The notes: generated by a model from the sequence alone, not told the origin. A stretch of DNA of 61,702 nt from Bacteroidales bacterium (GCA_045600525.1 JAZRYC010000159.1:1-61702), one strand, 5' to 3'; shown: positions 1 through 9,959, counted from the stretch's first letter. Program-made: numbers and translations.

Positions 1-645
1 ATTTCCGTCAACAAGCCAGCTTACAAAATAACTCCAATAGTAGCTTTCCGACGATTCTCCTGTTTCATAATCATGAAAAAAGTGCGTATATCGGCTGTAT
101 GTGGTCAGTGCGTAGTAGTTCGCCTCCCCGGGGTAGTCGCGCCACTCAACATAGATGTCTTTGTGCGGCTCATCCCAGATTTCGCCCCAGTGGACGTCAC
201 TGTTTACAACAACCGTGTCAAAATGAGCATCCACGGGCCTGCTGTACGGCACTGTGCATACAGCGGAAACATCGTCATACCCGGCTCTCGACGCCCGAAT
301 GTGATAAGTGTGGCCCTCCTCTACCGGAAACTCCTGGCGGGTGAGCAAAAAAACATCCTTCGGCTCGTAATAGGTGGCCTGAATCCAATGCACCCCGTCG
401 GCTGACAACTCCACCACCCCGTCGCGCAGCATCGTAATTTCCTGCTGACTGCCCGCACCATATAACAACTGCGTGTGCGACAAAATAATGTACGTGGAAT
501 CCAGCTGCGGACACAACCGGCAGTACAAAACCAGCTGCGGCTTCTCGTTGACCTGATTGCCCAAATCCACCGGGTCAATGCAACTGCTCAGCAAAACTGC
601 CACAAACAAACTGAATAGCAATATAGATGTTTTTATACTCTTCAT
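1..645 (-). CDS. Lipoprotein, DUF4249-like partner of the TonB-dependent receptor (3' end runs off the window)
   Basis: Not in the ORF track because there is no stop inside the window. ATG at 645 reads MKSIKTSILLFSLFVAVLLSSCIDPVDLGNQVNEKPQLVLYC..., with a lipobox LSSC. It starts 7 bp downstream of the TonB-dependent receptor stop, the usual receptor-DUF4249 arrangement. Confidence 0.7.
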   Translation of the reverse strand, partial: MKSIKTSILLFSLFVAVLLSSCIDPVDLGNQVNEKPQLVLYCRLCPQLDSTYIILSHTQLLYGAGSQQEITMLRDGVVELSADGVHWIQATYYEPKDVFLLTRQEFPVEEGHTYHIRASRAGYDDVSAVCTVPYSRPVDAHFDTVVVNSDVHWGEIWDEPHKDIYVEWRDYPGEANYYALTTYSRYTHFFHDYETGESSESYYWSYFVSWLVDGN

Positions 646-651
646 AACCGA

Positions 652-3081
652 TTAGAATTTGAAATGATAGGTGAACGTAGGAATAATGGGGAAAATGCTG
701 ACCTGCATGATTTTCTGCACATTCGTCGATGTCTGCATGGCGGGATCGTAAACAAAATCATTATCCACATAGTAGAAAAATGGATTTTTGTGGTTGTAGA
801 GGTTGTAAATGCTGATTTCAAATATGCTTTCGCCCTGCTTCTTGTGCGGCTTGATGAACTGCACACCCACATCCAGATGGTGGAAAGGCTTCATACGTAT
901 GTTGTTCTTGTCGCCATAATTTTCAATGTAAGAATGATAATAACCAAAGCCCGGATTGTCCGATTGAATATCGTGCATATAGGTTTGAAGGTCTATTCCC
1001 TCGTAAACGGCGTTCGGCAATGTCACGGCGTTGCCCGTGGCGAACGTCCACGCTAAAGAGAGGTTGATCCAGGATTTCGGGCTGTACATCAGCACAAGAG
1101 AAACATCGTGACGGCGGTCGTAACGTGCGAAAAAGGGCTTGCCGAAGTTCAACTCGTCAAACTGCTGCTTGGTCCACGACAGCGTGTAGCCAAGCCAGCC
1201 GGTGAACTTGCCAACTTCTTTTCTCACTAAAAACTCCATACCGTACGACCAACCCTGGCCGCTGGTCACCTGGTTGCTCCACTGGTTTTGAAAATCGGCG
1301 GTCGCCGCGGGCGTTTCCTCTAAAAGATCGTATAACATATCCATAAAATAGGAAGAGCCCTCTTTGTAGGCCAAAATGTGGTTCATCTTTTTGTAATAGC
1401 CTTCCAGAGAAAACGACAGGCGCGGTTTTTTCAAATCATAGTGCAGTCCCAGCGCCACCTGCTGTGAGCGCTGTGGTCGTATTCTGTCCGTGACGGGCAC
1501 CCACAAATCCGTCGGCAAACCGATGGTGCTGGTGCTCAGCAGCAGCATATTCTGGCTCATCATCGCGTAGGAGGCCTTGATGGCCAAGTTGGACAGGATG
1601 TTGTAACTCATCGACAGGCGCGGCTCGGGTGAGAAATAGGTCTTGTGCGGCACCGTGAAACAGACCAAACGGATGCCGGGATTTATCTTGAACCGATTGC
1701 GGATGTTGATTTCGTCCTCCGCATAGACAGCATACTCCAAGCCGGGTTCCTTTTCCACCCGGTTCATCGTCGTGGTGTCCATCTTGAACATCATTGCGTT
1801 AGGTCGCGACTCGTGATAGGTCACCGCCGCACCCACCAAAACCTTGTGCGTGGCGTTGGGAATGTAGGAAAGGTCGTATTTCAGCGTGTAATCCCGTATG
1901 CCGGAATTGAAATCGGAGGAAAACGATTCGTCCGGATAACCTTGAATATGGTAATGGTATTTTGAATAGGTGTTCATCTTGTAGTCGCTGAAGACAAACG
2001 ACATATTGGAAAACACCTTGCTGGAGAACAGGTGGTTCCAGCGCGCGGTGGCGGTGGCATTCTGCCAATACAAGCCCACTTTGAACTTTTCCCTTTCCGT
2101 GCTGCCACTGATGTAAGATTCTCCCAAGTGGAACTTGTCCTGCCCGTAATAGGCACTCACGAATATCTTGTCCTTCTTACTGATGTTGTAGTTGAACTTG
2201 GCATTCAAATCAAAAAAATAGTAGCCCATAGAACTGCCCTCGGCGGCAATTTTCATAATGGGAATCAGGAAGAGGTCCAAATAGGTGGCGCGCCCCGAAA
2301 TCATAAACGAGGACTTGTTTTTCACAATGGGGCCCTCTAACATCATATTGGAAGAGATGAGCCCCACGCCGCCTTCGCCGTGAAAAGACTCCTTATTTCC
2401 GTCTTTCATCGTCACGTCGATAACGGAGGACAGCCGACCGCCGTATCGGGCCGGAAAACCGCCTTTAATGAGCTCTACAGACTTAATGGCATCGCCGTTG
2501 AAGATGGAAAAGAAGCCCAACAGGTGGTTGGCGTTGTAGATGGTGGCCTCGTCCAAGATGATGAGGTTCTGGTCGGGACCGCCGCCGCGTACGTAGATGC
2601 CGGAGGTACCTTCCGAGCCCGACTGCACGCCCGGCATCAGCAGGAGGGTTTTGAAAACGTCTTTTTCGCCAAAAAGCATCGGCACGTTCTTCACCTCCTT
2701 GGCCGTCAAAGTGATGGAACTCATCTGCACCTGTTCCGTGTTGGTCTTTTCCGCCGTAATGTTGACGGCTTCCAAGGTCGTTATTTTCGCTAATTTCGCA
2801 TCATACTCATAATCTATCGCTTTATCAATACGAAGCGTATCCTTCATATAGCCGAAACTCGAGAACACGATATACAAAGAATCCCGATAGGGCAATGTGA
2901 TAGTATAAAAACCATACGTGTTGGCCGTAACGGCGGATTGCGAAACCGGTTCGTAAATCAGCGTCCCCGGCAATGTTTCCAAGCTTCCTTGCTCATAAAT
3001 GTAGCCGCTAATCGTGATTTTTTGTCCGAAAGCGGCAACAGCAAAGAAGGAGGATAGCATCAATAAGCATAATTTCCTCAT
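652..3081 (-). CDS. TonB-dependent outer-membrane receptor (carboxypeptidase-regulatory-like N-domain, plug, beta-barrel)
   Basis: Signal peptide, plug motifs YVRGGGPDQNLIILD and KGGFPARYGGRLSSV, C-terminal aromatic strand YHFKF. Confidence 0.92.
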   Translation of the reverse strand: MRKLCLLMLSSFFAVAAFGQKITISGYIYEQGSLETLPGTLIYEPVSQSAVTANTYGFYTITLPYRDSLYIVFSSFGYMKDTLRIDKAIDYEYDAKLAKITTLEAVNITAEKTNTEQVQMSSITLTAKEVKNVPMLFGEKDVFKTLLLMPGVQSGSEGTSGIYVRGGGPDQNLIILDEATIYNANHLLGFFSIFNGDAIKSVELIKGGFPARYGGRLSSVIDVTMKDGNKESFHGEGGVGLISSNMMLEGPIVKNKSSFMISGRATYLDLFLIPIMKIAAEGSSMGYYFFDLNAKFNYNISKKDKIFVSAYYGQDKFHLGESYISGSTEREKFKVGLYWQNATATARWNHLFSSKVFSNMSFVFSDYKMNTYSKYHYHIQGYPDESFSSDFNSGIRDYTLKYDLSYIPNATHKVLVGAAVTYHESRPNAMMFKMDTTTMNRVEKEPGLEYAVYAEDEINIRNRFKINPGIRLVCFTVPHKTYFSPEPRLSMSYNILSNLAIKASYAMMSQNMLLLSTSTIGLPTDLWVPVTDRIRPQRSQQVALGLHYDLKKPRLSFSLEGYYKKMNHILAYKEGSSYFMDMLYDLLEETPAATADFQNQWSNQVTSGQGWSYGMEFLVRKEVGKFTGWLGYTLSWTKQQFDELNFGKPFFARYDRRHDVSLVLMYSPKSWINLSLAWTFATGNAVTLPNAVYEGIDLQTYMHDIQSDNPGFGYYHSYIENYGDKNNIRMKPFHHLDVGVQFIKPHKKQGESIFEISIYNLYNHKNPFFYYVDNDFVYDPAMQTSTNVQKIMQVSIFPIIPTFTYHFKF

Positions 3082-3161
3082 AAAACAAAATTAGAACTTT
3101 TGGATAACGAAATTGGGGTGCAAATATTGTGTTAATGCCAACAACCTATGCTTAAGGGTCA

Positions 3162-3275
3162 TTATAAAAACATCGCCATAAAGACAGGCATCATCCACAC
3201 GTCGTCGTCGCGACGCAGATCTTTGGTATAAACCAGATAGCTGTCGCCTATTCGGTCAGAAAACCTGTTCCATAT
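3162..3275 (-). pseudogene. C-terminal remnant of an AAA_14/DUF4143 ATPase gene
   Basis: The minus strand reads IWNRFSDRIGDSYLVYTKDLRRDDDVWMMPVFMAMFL* with no start codon, resembling the typical DUF4143 C-terminus. A direct-repeat pair lies just upstream. Confidence 0.55.
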
Positions 3276-3305
3276 TCAAAGACTATTTGGAACCGAAAAA
3301 CGACA

Positions 3306-3353
3306 AAATTCTCACCAATTATTTTAGCATTTTCCTGCAAATTCTCACCAATT
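3306..3353. repeat. 15-bp direct repeat AAATTCTCACCAATT x2 (33-bp spacing), possible operator
   Basis: Copies at 3306-3320 and 3339-3353, upstream of the DUF4143 remnant. Confidence 0.6.
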
Positions 3354-3394
3354 TTTGAATTTCTATGTTTATGTCTCAACTCAGCTGTTAGTTT

Positions 3395-3419
3395 GAGACG
3401 CGGTACACCACGTCTCTAC
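3395..3419 (-). repeat. GTAG-type REP palindrome
   Basis: The minus strand reads GTAGAGACGTGGTGTACCGCGTCTC: a GTAG tag followed by an imperfect hairpin. Confidence 0.65.
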
Positions 3420-3499
3420 TTTTAAACCATTAACATTGACTTTAGGTTGTCCCACCTTCTTAAAACCTGAAACTACTTAGTGGGCAATTTTCGTGGCGC

Positions 3500-3532
3500 A
3501 AAAAAAGAGGAACCGGATTTCCCGATTCCTCT
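3500..3532 (-). terminator. Intrinsic terminator of pepC
   Basis: Minus strand AGAGGAATCGGG-AAAT-CCGGTTCCTCT followed by a T tract. Confidence 0.7.
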
Positions 3533-3552
3533 ATGTCTTTTCATGACTCGCT

Positions 3553-3580
3553 GTAAGGGCGAATAATTATTCGCCCTTAC
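3553..3580. repeat. Perfect 28-bp palindrome, REP-like
   Basis: GTAAGGGCGAATAATTATTCGCCCTTAC equals its own reverse complement. Confidence 0.75.
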
Positions 3581-3613
3581 CATGAGCCCTTACTAAGGGT
3601 CTTTACTTTCACA

Positions 3614-4840
3614 TTACTTAATGCCGAGTTTCTTCTTAATGTCTTTAGGAAGAGCGTCTTTGTGGACAACGATGTTCATCGTTTTGTAACGAACGAAAGC
3701 TTTGGAAGCATAGAACATTCCGTGGTAGTCGCCATAATCGCCCCAGCTGTTCTTTACCATGTAGTATTCGTTGCCGTCTTGGTCTTTAGCCTTACCATAG
3801 ATAACCATTCCGTGGTCATCCGTTGTTTCCCAGTTGTCGAATGCAGCCTGGCGTTCTTCTTGGGATACCCAGCGTTGCGGTGTAGGATGTTTAGCGGCTT
3901 CGTCTTGGATTTCCTTAGCACTCATGCCTGTCCAGTGTGCCATATCGCTACCGATCATAGCAGAAGACTTTGTTTCAGGGAGAACGCAGAAACCTTTCTT
4001 TACGCCCATACGGAAACCTTGTTCGCTGACGTCGGAACCCCAAGCGATGCAGTAACCATTGTCGATAGCATTATCAAAAACTTGCATCATTTCATCCAAA
4101 GGCAGGTTGTAGCATTGTGACCAACGCCAGTTGTCTTGGATTTCAAGAACGAATTTATCATAGAAAGGATGATGCGTGTAAGAAGTGATGGAAACATAGT
4201 CGTCAGCATTCAGGCCGAGAGACTCATAGAAGGATTTCGGAGTGTATTTAACGCCATTGTAGGTGAATTCCTTCGGGCAGTCGCCAAGGTAAACATTGTG
4301 AACAGCTTCCATAGCTTTGAGCCAAAGCGGTTCGTTGTTGGCGTTGGTTTGGAGTTTCTTATGGTCGCCTTCAGCGATAGCTTTCACGATAGCATCAGTG
4401 ATGGCGGAAAGTTCGGTGTGATCGGAAAGTGTGTCACCGTAAGCGGCACCCGGACGCATTTCGCTTTCAGGAACGAGACCGAAAGTCTTCATACCGTAGA
4501 TAACATCGTAGAAAGAACCACCTTGGGAGAAGGAAACGTCGCCGTGTGTGCGGACAGCAGCCTTTGCGCGATCATTGTAAGTGTTTGAAACAATGTACAT
4601 TTCAGAGAAATCATACTCACCTTTTCCCATACGGAGGAGTTCTGATTCAATGAAACCGAGACCAGAATAGCACCAGCATGTACCAGCACGATTTTGGTCT
4701 TTGATGGAAGTAATCGGGTTTTCTTTCACCACAGTGAATTTGTAACCCTCTTCTTTTTCTGCTTTTTCTTCTTGTGCGAAAACATTATTTCCGGCAAGAA
4801 CTGCAAAAGCCATAGCTACTAAGAAAAATGCTTTTTTCAT
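3614..4840 (-). CDS. pepC: Cysteine aminopeptidase C (peptidase C1B, bleomycin hydrolase family), exported
   Basis: QNRAGTCW (catalytic Cys), DDHGM (His), VKNSWG (Asn); signal peptide. Confidence 0.88.
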   Translation of the reverse strand: MKKAFFLVAMAFAVLAGNNVFAQEEKAEKEEGYKFTVVKENPITSIKDQNRAGTCWCYSGLGFIESELLRMGKGEYDFSEMYIVSNTYNDRAKAAVRTHGDVSFSQGGSFYDVIYGMKTFGLVPESEMRPGAAYGDTLSDHTELSAITDAIVKAIAEGDHKKLQTNANNEPLWLKAMEAVHNVYLGDCPKEFTYNGVKYTPKSFYESLGLNADDYVSITSYTHHPFYDKFVLEIQDNWRWSQCYNLPLDEMMQVFDNAIDNGYCIAWGSDVSEQGFRMGVKKGFCVLPETKSSAMIGSDMAHWTGMSAKEIQDEAAKHPTPQRWVSQEERQAAFDNWETTDDHGMVIYGKAKDQDGNEYYMVKNSWGDYGDYHGMFYASKAFVRYKTMNIVVHKDALPKDIKKKLGIK

Positions 4841-5114
4841 TGGATAAGTATTTAATGAATAATGATTCTTTTAGGGGCTGCAAAAATAATCAAAAAAATG
4901 CTGCCCATGACTTGCAGAAGTTCAATTTATTAGAAAAAAGGACAAATCCAAATATCTCAAAAAACTGTTCAGTCAACCATCATATTGTGTCATTTTTTCG
5001 TAATAAACTGCATATTCATCACTTTTATTGAATATTATCTTTATAATGAGCCCATAAACATTACTTTTGCAGTCCGCCTTTCTACCATGTATTTAATAAC
5101 TAAATTTTTAAACT

Positions 5115-5870
5115 ATGTTAAAACAGACTCTTTCCTGTGCAACGTTTGTCCACGAAGAAGGACAAAAAGACTTGGTTTCATCAACACTTTCAAAATTCTA
5201 TTCAATTGATGTGGACAACTGTTTGGATAACAGTTATGAAACTATTGAGTATTTGAAAAACAATCATCCTGATGTTTTGTTTTTGAATTTGGAGTATGCT
5301 GATTTGCTGAGTATCATTAACAAACCTCCATTTATTATCGGCGTAGGAAAACCATGCAGCATAAAAAAGTTGCGATTTTATTTGAATTCCGGATTTACAG
5401 ACTTTGTATTCACACCGACTACTGAGAGAGAAATTCGTATTGTGATAGGAAAAATCATGCACATGCATGCAACATTGCAAGATGAGAACCACTACCCTAT
5501 GGCAGCTGAAGAATCAAGAGCCAAATACAACCAAACGGAGATATCGGCGGATAGTACGAATTCCATTTTCATCAATTCGGGTAAAAGAAGAGGGGCATGC
5601 CGAGTACCCTTAAACGAAATCCTTTATGCAAAAAATACGGGAAATGAAGTCAAACTCATTTTAGAAAACGGAAGTTCAAAATACGACAAAACAACACTTA
5701 GAAATTTCCAAAGAAAACTACCCAATAAATTTATGAAGATCAATCGATCCATTGTCATCAATACGGAAAAAGTAAAACGTATTAACAAAAGAAGTGTGAT
5801 TCTTGGCGACGAAACTTTTAACGTAACACGAAGTTTTTACAAGCAATTTTCAAGATTCTTCAAAATTTAA
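5115..5870 (+). CDS. LytTR-family regulator with a degenerate receiver domain
   Basis: C-terminal LytTR motif FMKINRSIVINTEKV; N-terminal receiver-like PDVLFLNLE and PPFII. Confidence 0.8.
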   Translation: MLKQTLSCATFVHEEGQKDLVSSTLSKFYSIDVDNCLDNSYETIEYLKNNHPDVLFLNLEYADLLSIINKPPFIIGVGKPCSIKKLRFYLNSGFTDFVFTPTTEREIRIVIGKIMHMHATLQDENHYPMAAEESRAKYNQTEISADSTNSIFINSGKRRGACRVPLNEILYAKNTGNEVKLILENGSSKYDKTTLRNFQRKLPNKFMKINRSIVINTEKVKRINKRSVILGDETFNVTRSFYKQFSRFFKI

Positions 5871-5876
5871 AGGAGG

Positions 5877-5907
5877 GAGGGCGCAAATTTTTTATTTTTG
5901 CGCCCTC
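5877..5907 (+). promoter_or_regulatory. Hairpin containing the -7 promoter box of tRNA-Arg
   Basis: Stem GAGGGCGCAAA/TTTGCGCCCTC; TATTTTTG (TAnnTTTG) at 5893-5900, 11 bp before the tRNA. Confidence 0.55.
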
Positions 5908-5911
5908 ATTT

Positions 5912-5983
5912 GGTTCTGTAGTTCAATGGATAGAACGAAGGTTTCCTAAACCTTAAATCTGGGTTCGATTCCCAGCGGGACTA
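5912..5983 (+). tRNA. tRNA-Arg (CCT)
   Basis: Cloverleaf: acceptor GGTTCTG/CGGGACT, D-arm GTTCAATGGATAGAAC, anticodon arm AAGGT-TTCCTAA-ACCTT, T-arm CTGGG-TTCGATT-CCCAG. Confidence 0.95.
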
Positions 5984-6145
5984 CTCCATTTTCCCCGACT
6001 TGTCTTTAACCTATTGATATTCAATATGGTTTTAACAAAAATGGCATATAAGACGTTTTCTTAAAAAAGACAACATAAAACATCTTCAACGAAATTTTCT
6101 TCAAAATAGCGACAATATAAAATTAACTGTTTATATATCTGCATT

Positions 6146-8023
6146 TTACAAACTCTCTTGACGAAGATATATCATTATTGCCGTAATATCTGCCGGACTC
6201 ACTCCACTGATTCTTGAGGCTTGACCAAGATTCAACGGCTTTACTTTAGAAAGTTTTTCTCTCGCTTCTTTAGAAATACTCGTCAGTTGGTTATAATCAA
6301 ATTGAGGAGAAATTTTGATCGTATCAAGTTTGGAAAATTTCTCCACCATTTCTTCTTCCTTTAGTATATAGTTTTCATACTTGATAGCAATCTCAGCACC
6401 TCGAATCAAATCAGAAGAATAATTGGCTTCGCGAATAAAGTTCGCAAACTTTTCATCGACACCAAGAATATCGTCTATAGATAATTGAGGACGCAACAAT
6501 AACTGCGACAATTTCACATTATGAGAAAGCAAAGCAGATTCCTTCGCCTCCAACATAGGATTATAAATATTAAAATCCGTAATATGATTTTTCAAATAGT
6601 CTACGATGTCATTTTGTTTTTCGTATTTTTTCGAAAAATCGTTAAAACGAGCATCGCTAATTAGTCCTAATTTATATCCAAAAGTGGTTAAACGCTGGTC
6701 TGCATTGTCTTGACGAAGCAATATGCGATATTCGGCTCGCGAGGTAAACATCCTATATGGATCCTGCACCCCTTTTGTAACCAAATCGTCAATAAGAACA
6801 CCTATATAGGCTTGTGAACGGGAAAGCACCAATGGTTCCTGGGCATGAATGGAAAGATGTGCATTGATGCCTGCCAGTAGACCTTGACAGGCAGCTTCTT
6901 CATATCCTGTAGTTCCATTAACCTGACCTGCCAAATACAAATTTGGCAGGCATTTGGACTCCAGAGTATAATGCAACTGAGTAGGATCAAAATAATCATA
7001 CTCTATGGCATAACCCGGTCTGAAAATCTCAGCCTTCTCCAATCCAGGAATAAGGTGCATGGCTTGAAGTTGTATTTCCTCCGGTAAGGAAGAAGAAAAG
7101 CCATTAAGATAATATTCTATGGTATTGGCTCCTTCGGGTTCAAGAAACAGCTGATGTCTATCCCGCTCAGAAAATCGCACAATTTTATCTTCTATAGACG
7201 GACAATAACGAGGACCGACACCCTGGATTCGGCCTTGGAACATCGGTGACTTTTCAAAACCCAGCCGTAGGACGTCATGAACCTGTTCGCTTGTATAAGT
7301 AATCCAACAACTTTGTTGATGTACTAATGAAGGTGTTTCAGTAAAAGAAAATCTTTGAGGATTTTCGTCTCCTGGCTGCTCCACCATTTTGGAAAAATCC
7401 ACGGTTCTCCCGTCAATACGAACTGGTGTTCCTGTTTTGAGTTTTTGAGTTCTAATACCGTATTCTTTCAGTTGATCTGACAAGGACAGGGAAGAACTCT
7501 CTCCCATTCTACCACCAGAGAAGTTAACTTCACCCACATGAATTTTTCCATTTAGGAAAGTTCCATTAGTAAGGATTACTTTTTGCGCATATATACGTTT
7601 TCCAAGTTGGGTAACTACTCCTTTCAATTCATTGGATTCAATAATCAGTGAAGTAACGGTGTCTTGACGAAGATACAAATTATGTGTGCTTTCTAATACT
7701 TTTCGCCAATAAAGAGAAAACTGCGTTTTATCACATTGGGCCCTTGGACTCCACATGGCAGGACCTTTTGATTGATTGAGCATGCGGAATTGTATCATGG
7801 TGTGATCTGTCACTATTCCCGACATTCCACCCAAAGCATCAATCTCACGCACAATTTGTCCTTTGGCAATTCCACCCATGGCAGGATTACAAGACATTTG
7901 TGCAACAAGAGAAAGATTCATTGTTATCAGCAAAGTTCTGCTTCCCATTTTTGCTGCAGCAACGGCTGCTTCACATCCGGCATGACCGGCACCCACAACC
8001 ACTATATCAAAATCATTATTCAT
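6146..8023 (-). CDS. mnmG: tRNA uridine-5-carboxymethylaminomethyl(34) synthesis enzyme MnmG (GidA)
   Basis: [60 protein letters not shown]. Confidence 0.98.
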   Translation of the reverse strand: MNNDFDIVVVGAGHAGCEAAVAAAKMGSRTLLITMNLSLVAQMSCNPAMGGIAKGQIVREIDALGGMSGIVTDHTMIQFRMLNQSKGPAMWSPRAQCDKTQFSLYWRKVLESTHNLYLRQDTVTSLIIESNELKGVVTQLGKRIYAQKVILTNGTFLNGKIHVGEVNFSGGRMGESSSLSLSDQLKEYGIRTQKLKTGTPVRIDGRTVDFSKMVEQPGDENPQRFSFTETPSLVHQQSCWITYTSEQVHDVLRLGFEKSPMFQGRIQGVGPRYCPSIEDKIVRFSERDRHQLFLEPEGANTIEYYLNGFSSSLPEEIQLQAMHLIPGLEKAEIFRPGYAIEYDYFDPTQLHYTLESKCLPNLYLAGQVNGTTGYEEAACQGLLAGINAHLSIHAQEPLVLSRSQAYIGVLIDDLVTKGVQDPYRMFTSRAEYRILLRQDNADQRLTTFGYKLGLISDARFNDFSKKYEKQNDIVDYLKNHITDFNIYNPMLEAKESALLSHNVKLSQLLLRPQLSIDDILGVDEKFANFIREANYSSDLIRGAEIAIKYENYILKEEEMVEKFSKLDTIKISPQFDYNQLTSISKEAREKLSKVKPLNLGQASRISGVSPADITAIMIYLRQESL

Positions 8024-8039
8024 CTTTTCCCGTGGAACA
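8024..8039. promoter_or_regulatory. parS-like site
   Basis: CTTTTCCCGTGGAACA, a 13/16 match to TGTTYCACGTGRAACA, immediately upstream of the mnmG start. Confidence 0.4.
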
Positions 8040-8076
8040 TTTTTATAAGTTACTAGAAAATAAAATAGTTACAGAA

Positions 8077-8493
8077 TTATTCAATGTAATACATAGCTAA
8101 AGATTCGTTTTCCATCTTGCGCATAACTTTGGCTTCATCCTCAGTTTTATCTTTATATCCACATAGATGTAAAGTACCATGCGCAACTACTCGGAGCAAT
8201 TCCTCCTCAAATGACACATTGAATTTGATAGCATTTTCTCTTACCCTATCCAAACTAATCATAATATTACCAGCAACCACGTTTCCCACACACTGATCAA
8301 AGGTAATAATATCAGTATAAGTATCGTGATTTAAAAATTGGATATTATTTCTTAAAAGATAGGCATCATCACAAAACAAATATAAAATATCGCCTGGTAT
8401 CAATTGCTCTTTTCTAACAATTGACTTAAGCCATTGCTTGTGCCTCAAAGTAAGTGATACGTCACAAGACGTTTGAAAATCAAAGGAAATCAT
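8077..8493 (-). CDS. ybeY: rRNA maturation endoribonuclease YbeY
   Basis: HDTYTDIITF and the HGTLHLCGYKD metal-binding motif. Confidence 0.95.
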   Translation of the reverse strand: MISFDFQTSCDVSLTLRHKQWLKSIVRKEQLIPGDILYLFCDDAYLLRNNIQFLNHDTYTDIITFDQCVGNVVAGNIMISLDRVRENAIKFNVSFEEELLRVVAHGTLHLCGYKDKTEDEAKVMRKMENESLAMYYIE

Positions 8494-9539
8494 TATCTGA
8501 CTTTAACAAATTTTGTATTACATATTGCTGCGCCATTGCTTCTAATCTGTAGCAAATATATTCCATTATCTAAATCTGAAACATTAATATTCTCAACTTC
8601 ATTAGTTTTGTTGTAAAAACTTTTTTTCAATATTCCGAGTGTGCTATATATAAACAGATCATACTTTTCACCGCTCTGTCCTTTGAAATCAATTTTTAAT
8701 TCATCATGCACGGGATTCGGAAAAAGACTAATGTTTAACTCGCCTACTTCATCTACAGATAATGTATCATGGGAACCAGGAATGAATGACCACCTGTATA
8801 AAGAATCATATACTACATTTTTTGTAGTATTACGAATAATGTCGGCAAATGACTCCTCAATACCTGGATTGAAAGAAATCCTTTCAGGATTCTTTTCAAA
8901 CAATACACTATAAAAGGTACATGCTGCAGCATAAGAACCCGCTAAAGAAGGATGACTTTCATCAGATTGGTAAAGTTCGATTTCAGGATGATGATCTCTT
9001 ATATTATGCCAAACATAACCAACCGGTGAAACCAATGTATGATTATTCTCAGCCATTATCATATATCGCAGATATAAAAGGCTGTCCATACCTTCATATG
9101 TACACAAAGGCGGAAAATTTTCACAATTTAATTGATCTCCATTCTTTCTACCCCAAGTCATATAGAAAACAATCTTAGCTTCAGGGTTATATTGACGAAC
9201 CATTTCGCAAAGATGCTGGGCATAAGGATAGGACTCATTATAGAATTGTTCGTCTGGAAAAGAAGGCAACTGACTTTGTTCCTGTAATACAACATAATCC
9301 CAGCCGCCTTGCTGTATCAAAGAAGAGGAAACAGATAAATGCTGTCGAAAAGTACATCCACCCGGCGTACTGCTGGTATATGTAATAGTATCACCAACAG
9401 AATTACAAATATTTGAAATTAATTGAGGAAGATTATTTACTTCCGTATAACTATTACCTATAAAAAGAACCTTGTAACTTTGGGCAAAAGAAAATAGAAA
9501 TCCAAAACAAAAAACAAAAAGTATAAAAAATCTTTTCAT
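8493..9539 (-). CDS. SGNH/DUF4886-like hydrolase with a T9SS C-terminal sorting domain
   Basis: VLFIGNSYT, WDYVVLQEQS, DESHPS; C-terminal LFPNPVHD...GIYLLQI...KFVKVR. Likely start MKRFF at 9539. Confidence 0.8.
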   Translation of the reverse strand: MKRFFILFVFCFGFLFSFAQSYKVLFIGNSYTEVNNLPQLISNICNSVGDTITYTSSTPGGCTFRQHLSVSSSLIQQGGWDYVVLQEQSQLPSFPDEQFYNESYPYAQHLCEMVRQYNPEAKIVFYMTWGRKNGDQLNCENFPPLCTYEGMDSLLYLRYMIMAENNHTLVSPVGYVWHNIRDHHPEIELYQSDESHPSLAGSYAAACTFYSVLFEKNPERISFNPGIEESFADIIRNTTKNVVYDSLYRWSFIPGSHDTLSVDEVGELNISLFPNPVHDELKIDFKGQSGEKYDLFIYSTLGILKKSFYNKTNEVENINVSDLDNGIYLLQIRSNGAAICNTKFVKVR

Positions 9540-9540
9540 C

Positions 9541-9948
9541 TTAATATTGAATTTGTTTGACATATGCCGATTGAGATATTTCTCTTTTTACAATAAATTT
9601 TGGTTTCACGTGAAAATTTATACTATATTGCTTATTATCATTATTATGCGTTATTTTATCTGCAAATAACGACAATAAATTATCTTTATCGAACTGCTCG
9701 ACTTTATCAAAAACTGGCAATATTGACTCATACATGAAAACAACCTCATCATTACCTAAAAGACATGTGAAATCAACAGAAAAATCGGGATGTTCTGCCA
9801 TCAAATAGTCAATAATTTCCTGATTTGCCATGGATAATATACCGAAATCCGACTCCATAGCATAATCTTCGCAAAGGTCTTCCACAATCTGCAAAACCTT
9901 ATTATACAAAGTATTTTTATCCAAATCAGGGAGAGTGATGTTTATCAT
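9541..9948 (-). CDS. Hypothetical protein, probably a degenerate RsbW-like (HATPase_c) ATP-binding protein
   Basis: The segments VEDLCEDY..SDFGILSMANQEII and LFADKITHNNDNKQYSINF resemble the small HATPase found between DUF4175 and ybeY in Bacteroidota; the N and G boxes are absent. Confidence 0.5.
   Translation of the reverse strand: MINITLPDLDKNTLYNKVLQIVEDLCEDYAMESDFGILSMANQEIIDYLMAEHPDFSVDFTCLLGNDEVVFMYESILPVFDKVEQFDKDNLLSLFADKITHNNDNKQYSINFHVKPKFIVKREISQSAYVKQIQY
9602..9617. promoter_or_regulatory. parS-like site (intragenic)
   Basis: GGTTTCACGTGAAAAT, 13/16 match with a perfect TTTCACGTGAAA core. Confidence 0.45.
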
Positions 9949-9959
9949 AATGGTAACTT

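Noticed and set aside
5984-6145. Integrative element at tRNA-Arg (AT-rich AACCTATTGATATTCAATATGGTT motif downstream)
   Set aside because: There is no integrase, and I saw no duplicated tRNA 3' end; mnmG follows within about 160 bp.
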